Of a stretch of 64,000 bases of DNA, positions 1 to 12,360 are shown piece after piece. The translations under genes were made by a program, and so were the position numbers. Numbering within the stretch: the first letter of the stretch is position 1; each line of letters begins with the position of its first letter. Below the pieces are notes generated by a model. It saw nothing but the letters and a program-made list of their open reading frames with translations. It was not told the origin of the DNA and ran no database searches. The DNA comes from an uncultured bacterium (lineage in GTDB: Bacteria > Krumholzibacteriota > Krumholzibacteriia > Krumholzibacteriales > Krumholzibacteriaceae), in the NCBI GenBank assembly GCA_965371515.1, contig CBDUYR010000010.1, positions 1 through 64,000 on the forward strand. The letters run 5' to 3'.

Positions 1-84
1 CCCCCTTTCGCCTTGACGCTCTCCGCAGGCCGGTGATAGCGTGGACCGGTCCGCAACACCACCTGAAAACGAAAGGAACAGGGC

Positions 85-1314
85 ATGCTCAAGGATATCT
101 ACGGAAAAATCGACGGCTACGGCGACGGCATGAAGGACCTGCAGTCGAAGCTGACCGCCATTCCCGCCCTGGGGCCCGAGAACGAAGGGGTAGGCGAGAA
201 GGAAAAGGCCGATTTCCTCGAAAAGTGGATGGCCGACGAGGTCGGGTTCGACAAGGTAGAGCACTACGACGCGCCCGACGACAGAGTGCCGGCAGGCATC
301 AGGCCCAATATCGTCGCCACGGTCAAGGGCGCCTCGAGCGAGAGGAAGATCTGGGTCATGGGCCATATCGATGTCGTCCCGCCCGGAGATCTCGAGAAGT
401 GGAACACAAACCCCTGGGAGGTCGTAGAGAAAGACGGAAAGCTCTACGGACGCGGCACCGAGGACAACCAGCACGGAATAGTGACCCCTCTCTTCGCCCT
501 CAAGGCGATCAAGGAATCGGGCGCGCAGCTTCCGTACGACACCGCTGTCGTCTTCGTCTCGGCCGAGGAGACGGGAAGCGAGCATGGGATCGGCTACCTC
601 CTCGAAAACAGCAATCTGTTCGGCAAGAACGACTACATCATCGTCCCCGACGCCGGCGAGCCCGACGGGGGGATGATCGAGGTGGCGGAGAAGTCGATCT
701 ACTGGCTCAAGATCGAGACGGCCGGCAAGCAGTGCCACGCCTCGACCCCGGCTGCGGGCGTCAACGCCCACTTCGCCGGCGCTCACCTCATAACGAGACT
801 CGACAAGCTGCACGAGATATTCCCGCAGGTCGACGAGGTCTTCGATCCGCCGATCAACACCTTCCAGTCTACGAAAAAAGAGGCGAACGTCCCCAACGTC
901 AACACGATCCCGGGCGACGACGTCTTCTATCTCGACATGCGGGTCCTCCCCGGGATCGACCTCTCCGAGGTCGACACCGCGATCAGGAAGATCAGCGACG
1001 GGGTGGAGAAGGAATTCGATGTGAAGATAACGCTGTCCTCCGCCCAGAAGGAGGAGGCAGCCCCCGCCACGCCCGCCGACGCGCCTGTCGTCAAGGCCCT
1101 CGCGGCTGCGATAAAGGACGTTTACGGGATCGAAGCCAAGCCGATGGGAATCGGCGGCGGCACTGTCGCGGCGTTCTTCAGGCGGGCCGGCTTCCCCGCG
1201 GTCGTCTGGTCGAAGATCGACGACACGTGCCACCAGCCGAACGAATACACCACCGTGGAGAACATGATCGGCGACACCAAGGTGTTCGCCAACCTCTTCA
1301 TGCAGGAGGGGTGA
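85..1314 (+). CDS. M20 family metallo-hydrolase (DapE/ArgE-like)
   Basis: 409 aa; metal-binding motifs GHIDVVP, GRGTEDN, AEE and C-terminal CHQPNE; AGGA-type RBS upstream. Confidence 0.88.
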   Translation: MLKDIYGKIDGYGDGMKDLQSKLTAIPALGPENEGVGEKEKADFLEKWMADEVGFDKVEHYDAPDDRVPAGIRPNIVATVKGASSERKIWVMGHIDVVPPGDLEKWNTNPWEVVEKDGKLYGRGTEDNQHGIVTPLFALKAIKESGAQLPYDTAVVFVSAEETGSEHGIGYLLENSNLFGKNDYIIVPDAGEPDGGMIEVAEKSIYWLKIETAGKQCHASTPAAGVNAHFAGAHLITRLDKLHEIFPQVDEVFDPPINTFQSTKKEANVPNVNTIPGDDVFYLDMRVLPGIDLSEVDTAIRKISDGVEKEFDVKITLSSAQKEEAAPATPADAPVVKALAAAIKDVYGIEAKPMGIGGGTVAAFFRRAGFPAVVWSKIDDTCHQPNEYTTVENMIGDTKVFANLFMQEG

Positions 1315-1336
1315 CCATGGGCAGGTATAGTCTTGC

Positions 1337-1368
1337 AAGGGGCCGGCATCCGTGCCGGCCCCTTTTTT
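1337..1368 (+). terminator. Intrinsic terminator between convergent genes
   Basis: AAGGGGCCGGCA-TCCG-TGCCGGCCCCTT stem followed by a T run. Confidence 0.85.
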
Positions 1369-2786
1369 CATGAAAGAACGAGCAGGCGCGTCTCGCACAT
1401 CTCGCGGATCGCCCAGCGCAGCCCCTCGCGGCCCGATCCCGACTCCTTCACGCCGCCGTAAGGCATGCGGTCGACCCTGAAGGTGGGGATATCGCCGGCG
1501 ATCACGCCGCCGACCTCGAGCGTCTCGAACGCCCTTCTTATCAGGCCGATATCTTTCGTGTAGACGCCCGCCTGGAGCCCGAACCTCGATCCGTTGACCT
1601 CGGCGAGGGCCTCGTCAAAATCGTCGTAGCCGAAGACGGCGGTAACAGGGCCGAAGACCTCCTCGTCGACGACCTTCATGCCTCGGCGGGCGTTTTCGAT
1701 GACCGTCGGCGGGTAGAAAGCGCCATCCCGCGGCCCTCCGGCAACGACGGCGGCTCCTTCGGAAACAGCCTCGTTCACCCACTCTTCGACGCGGCAGGCA
1801 TCGGCCTCGCTTATCATCGGCCCGATAGCGGTATCCTCGTCGAGAGGGTCGCCTCTCTTTACAGCCGAGACTTCCCTCACGAACTTCTCCATGAACCGGG
1901 CATAGATGCTGTTGTGGACATATATCCTCTGCACCGAGATACAGACCTGCCCCGAGTAGGCATATCCGCCGACTGCGATCCTCGCCGCCGCCCCGTCGAT
2001 GTCGCCCCAGTCCTCGTGAACGACGACGGCTGCGTTCCCCCCGAGCTCCAGGGTGACCTTCTTCCTGTACGCCCTTCGTTTCAGTTCCCAGCCGACCTCG
2101 GCGCTTCCCGTAAATGTCACCTTCGCGATCTCCGGCCTCTCGGCCAGAAGGCCCGCCTCGGCCCCGCTCATCGGCAGAACGCTCAGCGCTCCGGCCGGCA
2201 GGCCCGCCTCCATCAGTATCTCCGCGAGGAGCAGGGCGGTCAGGGGAGTCTCACTCGATGGCTTGAGGATCACGGAGCATCCCGCGGCAATAGCCGGCGC
2301 CAGCTTGTGGGCGACGAGATTGAGCGGAAAATTGAAAGGCGTGATCGCCAGCACAGGCCCGACGGGGAACCAGCCCGTCAGCCCCATCCGGCCCTCGCCG
2401 GGTGTCGACGTATCGAGCGGGATCGTCTCGCCGTAGAGCCGGCTGCACTCTTCCGCCGCCTCGGAGAAGGTGTGGACCGCGCGGGCCGCCTCGCCCGCCG
2501 CGTACCTCATCGGTTTTCCCGATTCGAGGGCTATGAGCCCGGCCAGTTCTTTCCCGCGCCCGCCGATCAGCGCAGAGGCCCGCCTGAGAATTGCCGCCCG
2601 TGCGCGTGTTGTCATGTCCTTCATCAGGGGAGCAGCCGCGACGGCTCCCGTTACAGCCAGTTCGATCACATCGGATGAGGGGCGGAGCGCCTCGCCCACC
2701 ACGCTGCCGTCATGAGGGGACAGGACCTCGAACTTCTCGCCCCTTCCAATCCACTCACCAGCTGCAAAACAGAGCTTTTCCGTCAT
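1368..2786 (-). CDS. Aldehyde dehydrogenase family protein
   Basis: ITPFNFP, FTGS, LELGGN, GQVC (catalytic Cys), EEVFGP and PYGGVKESG motifs. Confidence 0.93.
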   Translation of the reverse strand: MTEKLCFAAGEWIGRGEKFEVLSPHDGSVVGEALRPSSDVIELAVTGAVAAAPLMKDMTTRARAAILRRASALIGGRGKELAGLIALESGKPMRYAAGEAARAVHTFSEAAEECSRLYGETIPLDTSTPGEGRMGLTGWFPVGPVLAITPFNFPLNLVAHKLAPAIAAGCSVILKPSSETPLTALLLAEILMEAGLPAGALSVLPMSGAEAGLLAERPEIAKVTFTGSAEVGWELKRRAYRKKVTLELGGNAAVVVHEDWGDIDGAAARIAVGGYAYSGQVCISVQRIYVHNSIYARFMEKFVREVSAVKRGDPLDEDTAIGPMISEADACRVEEWVNEAVSEGAAVVAGGPRDGAFYPPTVIENARRGMKVVDEEVFGPVTAVFGYDDFDEALAEVNGSRFGLQAGVYTKDIGLIRRAFETLEVGGVIAGDIPTFRVDRMPYGGVKESGSGREGLRWAIREMCETRLLVLS

Positions 2787-2876
2787 TTTTTAACTCCTGT
2801 CATTTATGGTATTCCCCCTTCCGGCGTTTACGTGCTATAATTTTACTATAGTGCCATATCTTTCTGGAGGGGTCTT

Positions 2877-4166
2877 TTGAAGTATCTCAAACACTTTCTC
2901 GTCCTCGCCGTCTTCCTCGTTCTGAGCTTTCTGTTCTTCAGGCTCTGCCTGGACAACGGATTCTGGAGCGGCTACGACTACGTCGGCCTCGAGAACAGCA
3001 TCATGATGAACTCCGACCGTGCCGCCGCATTCGAGAGCAGTCCGCCATTCAAGTTCCAACCTCTTGTTTACAGCATCCATTATCTTCTGTTCAAACGTTT
3101 CTTCTTCGAGGCATCGGGGTATTTCCTCTTCAACATACTGCTGCACGGCCTCAACTCGTTCCTTGTCTACTTCCTTGTCGATACGCTGATCCGCGACAAG
3201 GCGGTCGCCATTCTCTCCGGGCTGCTTTTCGTCTTCACCGTAGGCAGCTACGGCAAATCGGTGATGATCGCGTCCGGGGTGGAGGATCTCATCATCACGT
3301 TTCTCACGCTGTCCACTATGATCTGTTATTTTCACAACGAGCTCCGCAGCAAGGGGAAGCTCCTCTCTTCATGGTACGCGCTCACCCTGATATTCTTCGT
3401 AGCATCGATGTTCACGCGGAGCACGAGCTTCGTCATCCTCGGCTCCTTCCTCGCCTTCAATTACTTCTTCCGGGCCGAGAGAAAGAGAAAGATCGCCGAC
3501 ACCGGGTTCATTGTCCTTCTCGTCCTGGCAATCTCCGCCCTCGTGGTCAAGGCTACGCTGTTCCACTACAGGCCGCCGCTGTACGATGAGTACCCCGGAG
3601 CCTTCGTATTCGTCTACGCCGCGGCGAAGAACGTGGGCAACTATCTTATCAGGATGATCTTCCCCGTCCACACCTCTCATCTCGTGACCGGGTCAGCTCC
3701 GGCCGTGCAGTTCGTCTACCGGTTCGCGACGCATATAAGAATACTGATCGGGTTGGTCGTCCTTTCCTATTCGTTCTTCGGCTTTGTCTTCGGGAACAGG
3801 ACGATCAGGTTCTTCATCGCGTGGACCTATATCATGGTGCTGCCGTTCGCCTTCTTCCAGTTCCCCGGCGACTGGCTCAACATCCGGCATCTCTATCTCG
3901 TGTCTATCGGGTTCGTGTCTACGATCGCGGCAGGCGCGGTCTACTGCTCGCGCATGATATCGGAGAACAGGTGGAAGAGATTCATGCCGATGATCGTGCC
4001 CATCGCATTCATATTGCTTTCGAGGTTCATCGTGATGCAACTCGACAGCAGCTACAGCGTCAAGTCGGCGAGCCCGGAAATGGCGAAGTACAGGAATGCC
4101 CTGGCGGACAGGTACGACGAGGTGTATATCGACGGCGACAGCCTGAAGATGCGCCGAGATCCCTGA
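2877..4166 (+). CDS. Polytopic membrane protein, GT-C/PMT-like glycosyltransferase candidate
   Basis: Many hydrophobic segments; FQPL...NILLHGLN and RHLYL motifs typical of GT-C-like proteins; TTG start after GGAGG; TGnTATAAT upstream. Confidence 0.6.
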   Translation: MKYLKHFLVLAVFLVLSFLFFRLCLDNGFWSGYDYVGLENSIMMNSDRAAAFESSPPFKFQPLVYSIHYLLFKRFFFEASGYFLFNILLHGLNSFLVYFLVDTLIRDKAVAILSGLLFVFTVGSYGKSVMIASGVEDLIITFLTLSTMICYFHNELRSKGKLLSSWYALTLIFFVASMFTRSTSFVILGSFLAFNYFFRAERKRKIADTGFIVLLVLAISALVVKATLFHYRPPLYDEYPGAFVFVYAAAKNVGNYLIRMIFPVHTSHLVTGSAPAVQFVYRFATHIRILIGLVVLSYSFFGFVFGNRTIRFFIAWTYIMVLPFAFFQFPGDWLNIRHLYLVSIGFVSTIAAGAVYCSRMISENRWKRFMPMIVPIAFILLSRFIVMQLDSSYSVKSASPEMAKYRNALADRYDEVYIDGDSLKMRRDP

Positions 4167-4170
4167 GTTC

Positions 4171-5493
4171 TCAGGAGATCCCGTTCTCTTCCGTAAGTAT
4201 CGTTACCCTTGCCGTCCGTTCCAGCCTGCCGACATCCCTCCGGCGAAGTCTCACGGTCAATATCACCGCTTCATCCTCGACGGCCCTTTCGATGACCTGG
4301 CCAGCTTTCTCGACCAGCGCAACCGTCTTCCCGTCCGAGGCGGGAACCGTCACCCGCGCGAGAGTCGTGCCTCGCCTTATATGCAGGCCGATCGCTTCGA
4401 GCAGCCCGCCGGCCCCGTCTCCCGTCGCCGCGCTTATCCGGACGGCCTCGGAATATCTCTGTTCGAGGAACGACGCCTCTTCGGGCTCGAGGAGGTCGGT
4501 CTTGTTCAGGACGAGCAGGGTGGGGATCGAACCCTCGCTTCCCTTCGGTGTCCGGTCGCCGAGCACTCTGTTCAGAACGTCGTTCACGACTGAGATCTTT
4601 TCCGCACGCCGCGGCGAAGAGGAATCTACGATGTGCAGCAGCAGGTCGGCCTCTTCTACGTCGAGCAGCGTGGCGTGAAAACTCGCGACGAGATGAGCGG
4701 GGAGCTTCCTGATGAATCCGATCGTGTCGGTCAGGAGGAAGACCCCTCCACCGGGCAGCTCGACCCTTCTGGTCGTCGAATCGAGCGTTGAAAAGAGGCG
4801 GCCGCTCTCGAGGACTTCGCTCCCCGAAAGCCTGTTGAGCAGAGTGGATTTGCCGGCGTTCGTGTAGCCGACGATCGTGACGTTGAACAGCTCTCTCCTG
4901 TTCTTGCGCCTCTCCTTCGTGCGGCTCTCTATTTTCACCAGCTCGCGCTTGAGCGCGGCGATTTTCTCCCGGACTTTCCGCCGGTCGACCTCGAGCTGCG
5001 TCTCGCCGGGGCCCTTGGTGCCGATGCCGCCTGCCTGCCTGGACAGGTGCTCCCACAAGCGCCGCAGCCTCGGCAGAGCGTATGTAAGCTGGGCTATCTC
5101 GACCTGGATCCGCGCCTGCCTCGACCTGGCCCTCTGCGAAAATATATCGAGGATCAGCTCCGTTCTGTCAATGACGTTGACTCCGACATGTTTCTCTATG
5201 TTGCGAGCCTGGGCGGGGGAAAGGTCGTCGTCGAATATTACGAGGTTTATTCCTTTGTCGGTAACGGCGGCGGTAAGCTCCTCGAGCTTTCCCTTCCCGA
5301 TGTATGTCGAGCCGTCAAGCCTCGTGCGCTGCTGGATGATCGAGCCCGAGACAGTCGCACCGGCTGTCGTCGCGAGGAGCTCGAGTTCGGCGATGTTCTC
5401 CTGCTCGTCCTCGAAGGTCGAGCCGGGGAGCTTCACGCCTACGAGGAAAGTGGTCTCTTCTGGGCTTTTCGGGGTAGGAGTGTAGAAGGCCAT
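4171..5493 (-). CDS. hflX: GTPase HflX
   Basis: GKGKLEE, LILDIF, GPGETQLE, GYTNAGKS and DTIGFI motifs. Confidence 0.96.
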   Translation of the reverse strand: MAFYTPTPKSPEETTFLVGVKLPGSTFEDEQENIAELELLATTAGATVSGSIIQQRTRLDGSTYIGKGKLEELTAAVTDKGINLVIFDDDLSPAQARNIEKHVGVNVIDRTELILDIFSQRARSRQARIQVEIAQLTYALPRLRRLWEHLSRQAGGIGTKGPGETQLEVDRRKVREKIAALKRELVKIESRTKERRKNRRELFNVTIVGYTNAGKSTLLNRLSGSEVLESGRLFSTLDSTTRRVELPGGGVFLLTDTIGFIRKLPAHLVASFHATLLDVEEADLLLHIVDSSSPRRAEKISVVNDVLNRVLGDRTPKGSEGSIPTLLVLNKTDLLEPEEASFLEQRYSEAVRISAATGDGAGGLLEAIGLHIRRGTTLARVTVPASDGKTVALVEKAGQVIERAVEDEAVILTVRLRRRDVGRLERTARVTILTEENGIS

Positions 5494-5494
5494 G

Positions 5495-7339
5495 TTATCT
5501 TAGGAGGATCACCCGCCTGGTAAGCGACCTGTCGCCGATCTGCAGCCTGCAGTAGTAAACGCCGGGCGAGACCTTCGTGCCGGTCTCGTCCGTCCCGTCC
5601 CAGCCGAGCGTGTGCTCGCCGGGATGCAGCACCTCGTCAGTGAGGACAATGCGCACAAGCCGCCCCTTGACGTCGTAGACCCTTAAAGAGCCTATCCCGG
5701 GCTGTGCGGCCGAGGATTTTTCCTGCATGTACACCGACGGCTCCTGGACGAGGACACCTATTGTGAGGTCACCCACGAAGGGGTTTGGAAAGAGCCTGAT
5801 GCTGTTTTCGGGCAACCTGTCCGGCTGCAACTCTTCCTCTCCGGCGAAGCGCTGCAGCTCCTCCTCCCCTATATATGACGAGAATATCGTTCCGTCCGTC
5901 AGTTGTCCCTCGACGGCGAACGGTCCCGAGGAAGCTGCCTTCTCGCCGAGGGCTATCACGATCCTGTCGCCGACCGTCTCGAAATCCACGGTCTGCTTGC
6001 CCGCCACCCTGAGCCATTCGATCTCCTCGCCCCCGATCGCGGGCAGGTCGACCGATACTGCGGGACGCTTTTCTCCCTGAACCCATACGGGTGCAAGTGC
6101 CGCGTCGGCCGAAATGCGGATCGCCTTTCTGGCGGGAACGACCCACCTCAGCACGCCGCCGTCCGGGAGGGCCAGCCCCTCCCAGGTCTCTCGCGCCCTC
6201 GAAATATTTCTCATCAGGGCCGCGTGGTCTTTCCCGAAGACGATCGCCCATTCGAGCTCGACTCTCTCTCCCGGATAGATATCCCTCGCCGGGCCGAGCC
6301 GATGGGTCAGCACGACATCCCCCGCAGCGGCCTCGACCAGGGCAATGTCCCCGCTCCCTGTTCCCGGCAGCAGCTCGGCTTCTTCCGTGTCGAGCGGGAC
6401 CGGCTCTCCGCCGAGCACCCGGCAGGCACCCTTTCCTTCCTTCCACAGCGAATCCAGGCGTCTCTGCCCGTTGCAGCCCTCGGCGTCGGCTGTCAGCACC
6501 CCGTCCGGCACGGATGCGCGGAAGATCACGACCGCGGCGATCGGCCTCTCTCCACAGTCGTCCGTCACGGCCGCGACGGCATGTGCCGCCTTGCCGCTCT
6601 CATCGGGACAGCTCTGCAGGAAGACGATCCGGTCGTCACGTCCCCGGCCGGCATCGTTCCTGTCCCCGATCTCGAAATCTATGTAGTGAATCAGCTCGAA
6701 CTGTCTCAGAGCCTCGCCTTGACCCTCGGGAGGCAGATATTCTATCGTCGTCGAGAACCCGATAAAATCCCTGACATGTCCGTAATTCCAGATGTGGTGC
6801 CTGCGCGTGACTCTGATCCCGTAATCGGAGGCAAGGGCGCTGGTAACATACATCTCGTCCCCGACAGCGGCGAAATCCTCGTCGACCTCTCCGTCACCGT
6901 CATTATCGCGTCCATCGAGGGGATCCTCGTCGAAAACTCCGTCACCGTCATCGTCACATCCGTCGGCCGGATATCTCTTTCCGCACAGGCATCCCTCGGC
7001 CGCACAGGCTGCCCCAGGGCCCCGAAGCGCCGACTCGAAATCACCCGGCCCCAGGTAAACCACCCTGTTCTCATCACCGGTGACAAACCTCATCAGAAGC
7101 CCGCCTCCGCCGAGAAACTCGGTCCCCTTGGCACCCGGCCATCTCAGGCCGAGCTTGAGCCGGCCCGATTCGATTACTTTGAAATATCCACTGCCGTCAA
7201 GACAGACGGCGATCCTGCCGGTCCTCGTAACCGAGAGAGCCTCGTCTCCCTGTTCTTCGGCGTGCCCCGGCGCCATCGCGGCGAGCGCGGCGAGCGCGGC
7301 GAGAATCGCCGCAGCAATAGTGAACCTGTGCGGATTCAT
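5495..7339 (-). CDS. Secreted protein with DxDxDG repeats and C-terminal FlgD-Ig/T9SS type A-like domain
   Basis: Start reassigned to ATG 7339 (overlaps the gyrA TGA); signal peptide [28 protein letters not shown]-terminus FPNPF...VYDVKGRLVR...WDGTDETG..VSPGVYYCRL. Confidence 0.8.
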   Translation of the reverse strand: MNPHRFTIAAAILAALAALAAMAPGHAEEQGDEALSVTRTGRIAVCLDGSGYFKVIESGRLKLGLRWPGAKGTEFLGGGGLLMRFVTGDENRVVYLGPGDFESALRGPGAACAAEGCLCGKRYPADGCDDDGDGVFDEDPLDGRDNDGDGEVDEDFAAVGDEMYVTSALASDYGIRVTRRHHIWNYGHVRDFIGFSTTIEYLPPEGQGEALRQFELIHYIDFEIGDRNDAGRGRDDRIVFLQSCPDESGKAAHAVAAVTDDCGERPIAAVVIFRASVPDGVLTADAEGCNGQRRLDSLWKEGKGACRVLGGEPVPLDTEEAELLPGTGSGDIALVEAAAGDVVLTHRLGPARDIYPGERVELEWAIVFGKDHAALMRNISRARETWEGLALPDGGVLRWVVPARKAIRISADAALAPVWVQGEKRPAVSVDLPAIGGEEIEWLRVAGKQTVDFETVGDRIVIALGEKAASSGPFAVEGQLTDGTIFSSYIGEEELQRFAGEEELQPDRLPENSIRLFPNPFVGDLTIGVLVQEPSVYMQEKSSAAQPGIGSLRVYDVKGRLVRIVLTDEVLHPGEHTLGWDGTDETGTKVSPGVYYCRLQIGDRSLTRRVILLR

Positions 7340-9981
7340 CACTTTCCGCCTTTTCCCTTTTTCCCCGCGGCGGGTTTCTTTTCGGCTTTCTCCTTCGCCT
7401 TTGCCTTTTTCGGTGCCGCCTCGGGCTCCTCGGCGATCTCTTCCGCCACTTCTTCCGCCACTTCTTCCGCAATATCCTGGGCTATCGGTTCGATGGTGCC
7501 CTCTTCCGGCTCCACTTCGTCCCCGTCGATTCCGTTCTCGTCGATGCCGTTCCCGTCCTTCTCTCCGGCGATCAGGGCCATGTCGACAAGTGAGTCGCCC
7601 TTTTTGAGGTTGATCACCTTCACGCCCTGGCCGGCCCTTCCGATACAACGGATACCGCGCACCGGACACCTTATGATCATCCCGTTGCGAGTTATCATCA
7701 TGACCTCGTCGGTCTCTATGACCTCTCTCGCCGCGACAACGGGACCATTCCGCTTCTCTGTCGGGATAAGGACCACTCCCTGGCCGGCGCGGTGTTTGTT
7801 CCTGAATTCATTCAGCTTCGTGCGCTTTCCAAAGCCGTACTCTGTCACGGCGAGGATCGCCGAGTCGCGCTTGACGACGACCATCTCGACGACCCGGTCG
7901 TCGCCCTTGAGCCGCACGCCCTTGACTCCCTGCGTAGCCCTCGCCGCCCCTCGTACTTCCTTCTCATTGAAACGGATCGCCTTGCCGTTCCTCATGGCAA
8001 GCATTATATCGTCGCCGCCCGACGTCAGCTTGGCGGCGATCAGCCCGTCGCCTTCGAGCAGATTGATGGCGATGATGCCTCCGCGGTGGATATTCGCGTA
8101 TTTCGATAGGTGCGTCTTCTTCACCAGTCCGTTCTTCGTCGCCATCATCAGGTAACAGTCGGCGCTGAAGTCGGGGATGGGGATGTACGCCGTGATACTT
8201 TCCTCCCTCGACATCTCGAGGAGATTGACCATCGCCTTGCCCTTGGCAAGCCTTCCCCCCTGCGGTATCTCGTGGACCTTGACCTTGTAGCACTTGCCCG
8301 CGTCAGTGAAAAAGAGGATGTAGCTGTGCGTCGATGCGATGAAGAGCGTCGATACAAAATCTTCATCCTTCATCCCGAGCCCGGTTACCCCCATGCCGCC
8401 CCTGCGCTGCCTGCGGTAGGTGCCGGTCTGGATCCTCTTGATGTATCCGGTGTGGGTGATCGTGATGATCATGTCCTCCTCGGCAATCAGGTCCTCGAGC
8501 TCCAGCTCGCCCTCGGCGTCTACGATCTCGGTGCGCCTCTCGTCGCCGTACTTTTCGCGTACCTCGTTGAGCTCATCCGCTATCACTCCGAGCAGCCTCG
8601 TCCTGTTCTCGAGGATCGACCGGAGGTACTCTATCTTCTGGATCAGCGCGAGATATTCGTCCTCGATCTTCTTGCGCTCGAGCCCGGTGAGCCTCTGCAG
8701 CTTCATATCGAGTATCGCCTGCGCCTGGATCTCGGAGAGCGCGAACTTCTTTATCAGTCCGTTGCGCGCCTCTTCGGGCGATGCGCTTTTCTTTATCAGC
8801 TGGACGATCGCGTCGATGTTGTCCAGCGCGATCTTGTATCCCTCGAGAATGTGGGCTCTCTCCTCGGCCTTCCTCAGGTCGTACTCGGTGCGGCGCCTGA
8901 CGACGTCCTCGCGGTGCTCGAGGAAGAGCTGCATCGTTCTCTTGAGGCTCATGACCTCGGGGCGCATCTTGTTGAGGGAGAGCATGATCACGCCGAACGT
9001 CCCCTGGAGCTGCGTGTGCTTAAAGAGCTGGTTCATCACGACCTTCGGGTATGAATCCCTCTTCAGGTCGATGACGATGCGCATCCCGTCCTTGTCAGAC
9101 TCATCGCGGATGTCCGCTATTCCCGCGATCTTTCCGCCGCGGACAAGCTCGGCTATCTTCGTGATTATCGACGCCTTGTTCGTCTGGAAGGGGATCTCGG
9201 TAACGATGATACTCGATTTCCCCGATTTCTGCGTCTCGATGTTGGCGCGCGCCCTGACAGTTATCCTTCCCCTGCCCGTCTCGTACGCCTCCTTGATGCC
9301 GGCCCGCCCGTAGATGATCCCGCCTGTCGGGAAATCGGGACCGGTCACGATTCCGCTTAACTCGGCGACCGACATGTCGGGATTCTCGAGCAGTGCCTTG
9401 AGCCCGTCTATGATCTCGCCGCTGTTGTGCGGCGGGATGTTCGTCGCCATGCCTACCGCGATCCCCGATGAGCCGTTGAGCAGGAGATTGGGTACCTTCG
9501 ACGGTAGAACGAGGGCCATCTGCCTCGTCTCGTCGTAGTTCGGCCCCAGCTCGACCGTTTCCTTTTCGAGGTCGGCGAGGATGTCCTCGGCGAGCCGGGT
9601 CATGCGTACCTCGGTGTACCTCTCGGCCGCGGCCGGGTCACCGTCGATCGAGCCGAAGTTTCCCTGCCCGTCGACGATCGGGTATCGCATCGTGAAATCC
9701 TGGGCGAGCCTCACCGTGGCGTCGTAGACCGCCGTCGTGCCGTGCGGGTGGTAGTTTCCCGTGACATCTCCGGTGAGCTTCGCCGATTTTCTGTACGGCC
9801 GGTTGTGCGCGAGGTTCAGATCGTTCATCGCGAGCAGAATGCGCCTGTGAACGGGCTTGAGCCCGTCCCTCACGTCAGGCAGTGCGCGAGAGACGATGAC
9901 GCTCATCGAGTAGTCGAGGTACGAGCTTTTCATTTCGTCCTCGATGTATACAGGTATGACCCGCTGCCTGCTGATATCCAT
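7339..9981 (-). CDS. gyrA: DNA gyrase subunit A
   Basis: [25 protein letters not shown] catalytic Tyr and GyrA-box QRRGGMG. Confidence 0.97.
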   Translation of the reverse strand: MDISRQRVIPVYIEDEMKSSYLDYSMSVIVSRALPDVRDGLKPVHRRILLAMNDLNLAHNRPYRKSAKLTGDVTGNYHPHGTTAVYDATVRLAQDFTMRYPIVDGQGNFGSIDGDPAAAERYTEVRMTRLAEDILADLEKETVELGPNYDETRQMALVLPSKVPNLLLNGSSGIAVGMATNIPPHNSGEIIDGLKALLENPDMSVAELSGIVTGPDFPTGGIIYGRAGIKEAYETGRGRITVRARANIETQKSGKSSIIVTEIPFQTNKASIITKIAELVRGGKIAGIADIRDESDKDGMRIVIDLKRDSYPKVVMNQLFKHTQLQGTFGVIMLSLNKMRPEVMSLKRTMQLFLEHREDVVRRRTEYDLRKAEERAHILEGYKIALDNIDAIVQLIKKSASPEEARNGLIKKFALSEIQAQAILDMKLQRLTGLERKKIEDEYLALIQKIEYLRSILENRTRLLGVIADELNEVREKYGDERRTEIVDAEGELELEDLIAEEDMIITITHTGYIKRIQTGTYRRQRRGGMGVTGLGMKDEDFVSTLFIASTHSYILFFTDAGKCYKVKVHEIPQGGRLAKGKAMVNLLEMSREESITAYIPIPDFSADCYLMMATKNGLVKKTHLSKYANIHRGGIIAINLLEGDGLIAAKLTSGGDDIMLAMRNGKAIRFNEKEVRGAARATQGVKGVRLKGDDRVVEMVVVKRDSAILAVTEYGFGKRTKLNEFRNKHRAGQGVVLIPTEKRNGPVVAAREVIETDEVMMITRNGMIIRCPVRGIRCIGRAGQGVKVINLKKGDSLVDMALIAGEKDGNGIDENGIDGDEVEPEEGTIEPIAQDIAEEVAEEVAEEIAEEPEAAPKKAKAKEKAEKKPAAGKKGKGGK

Positions 9982-10049
9982 CCGGTTGTTCCTCCTTCAC
10001 CGCCCGGTGATCGCGCTCCGCCCCGGGAGCGTTCGTGTATTATTACTCT

Positions 10050-12280
<2,231 letters not shown>

Positions 12281-12360
12281 TTCCCGCGGCTCCAGACGTT
12301 CTTTCAATACCCTGAATATTATGATGAAATCGTGTGAAAATAAAGGAAAATATGGCCTTT

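Noticed and set aside
33..1373. 446-aa Arg-rich ORF overlapping the M20 gene
   Set aside because: Alternative-frame shadow of 85-1314 with Arg/Gly-biased composition and no motif
7278..7304. 9-nt tandem repeat GCGGCGAGC
   Set aside because: It encodes the Leu-Ala-Ala run of a signal peptide and stays in frame, so phase variation is unlikely
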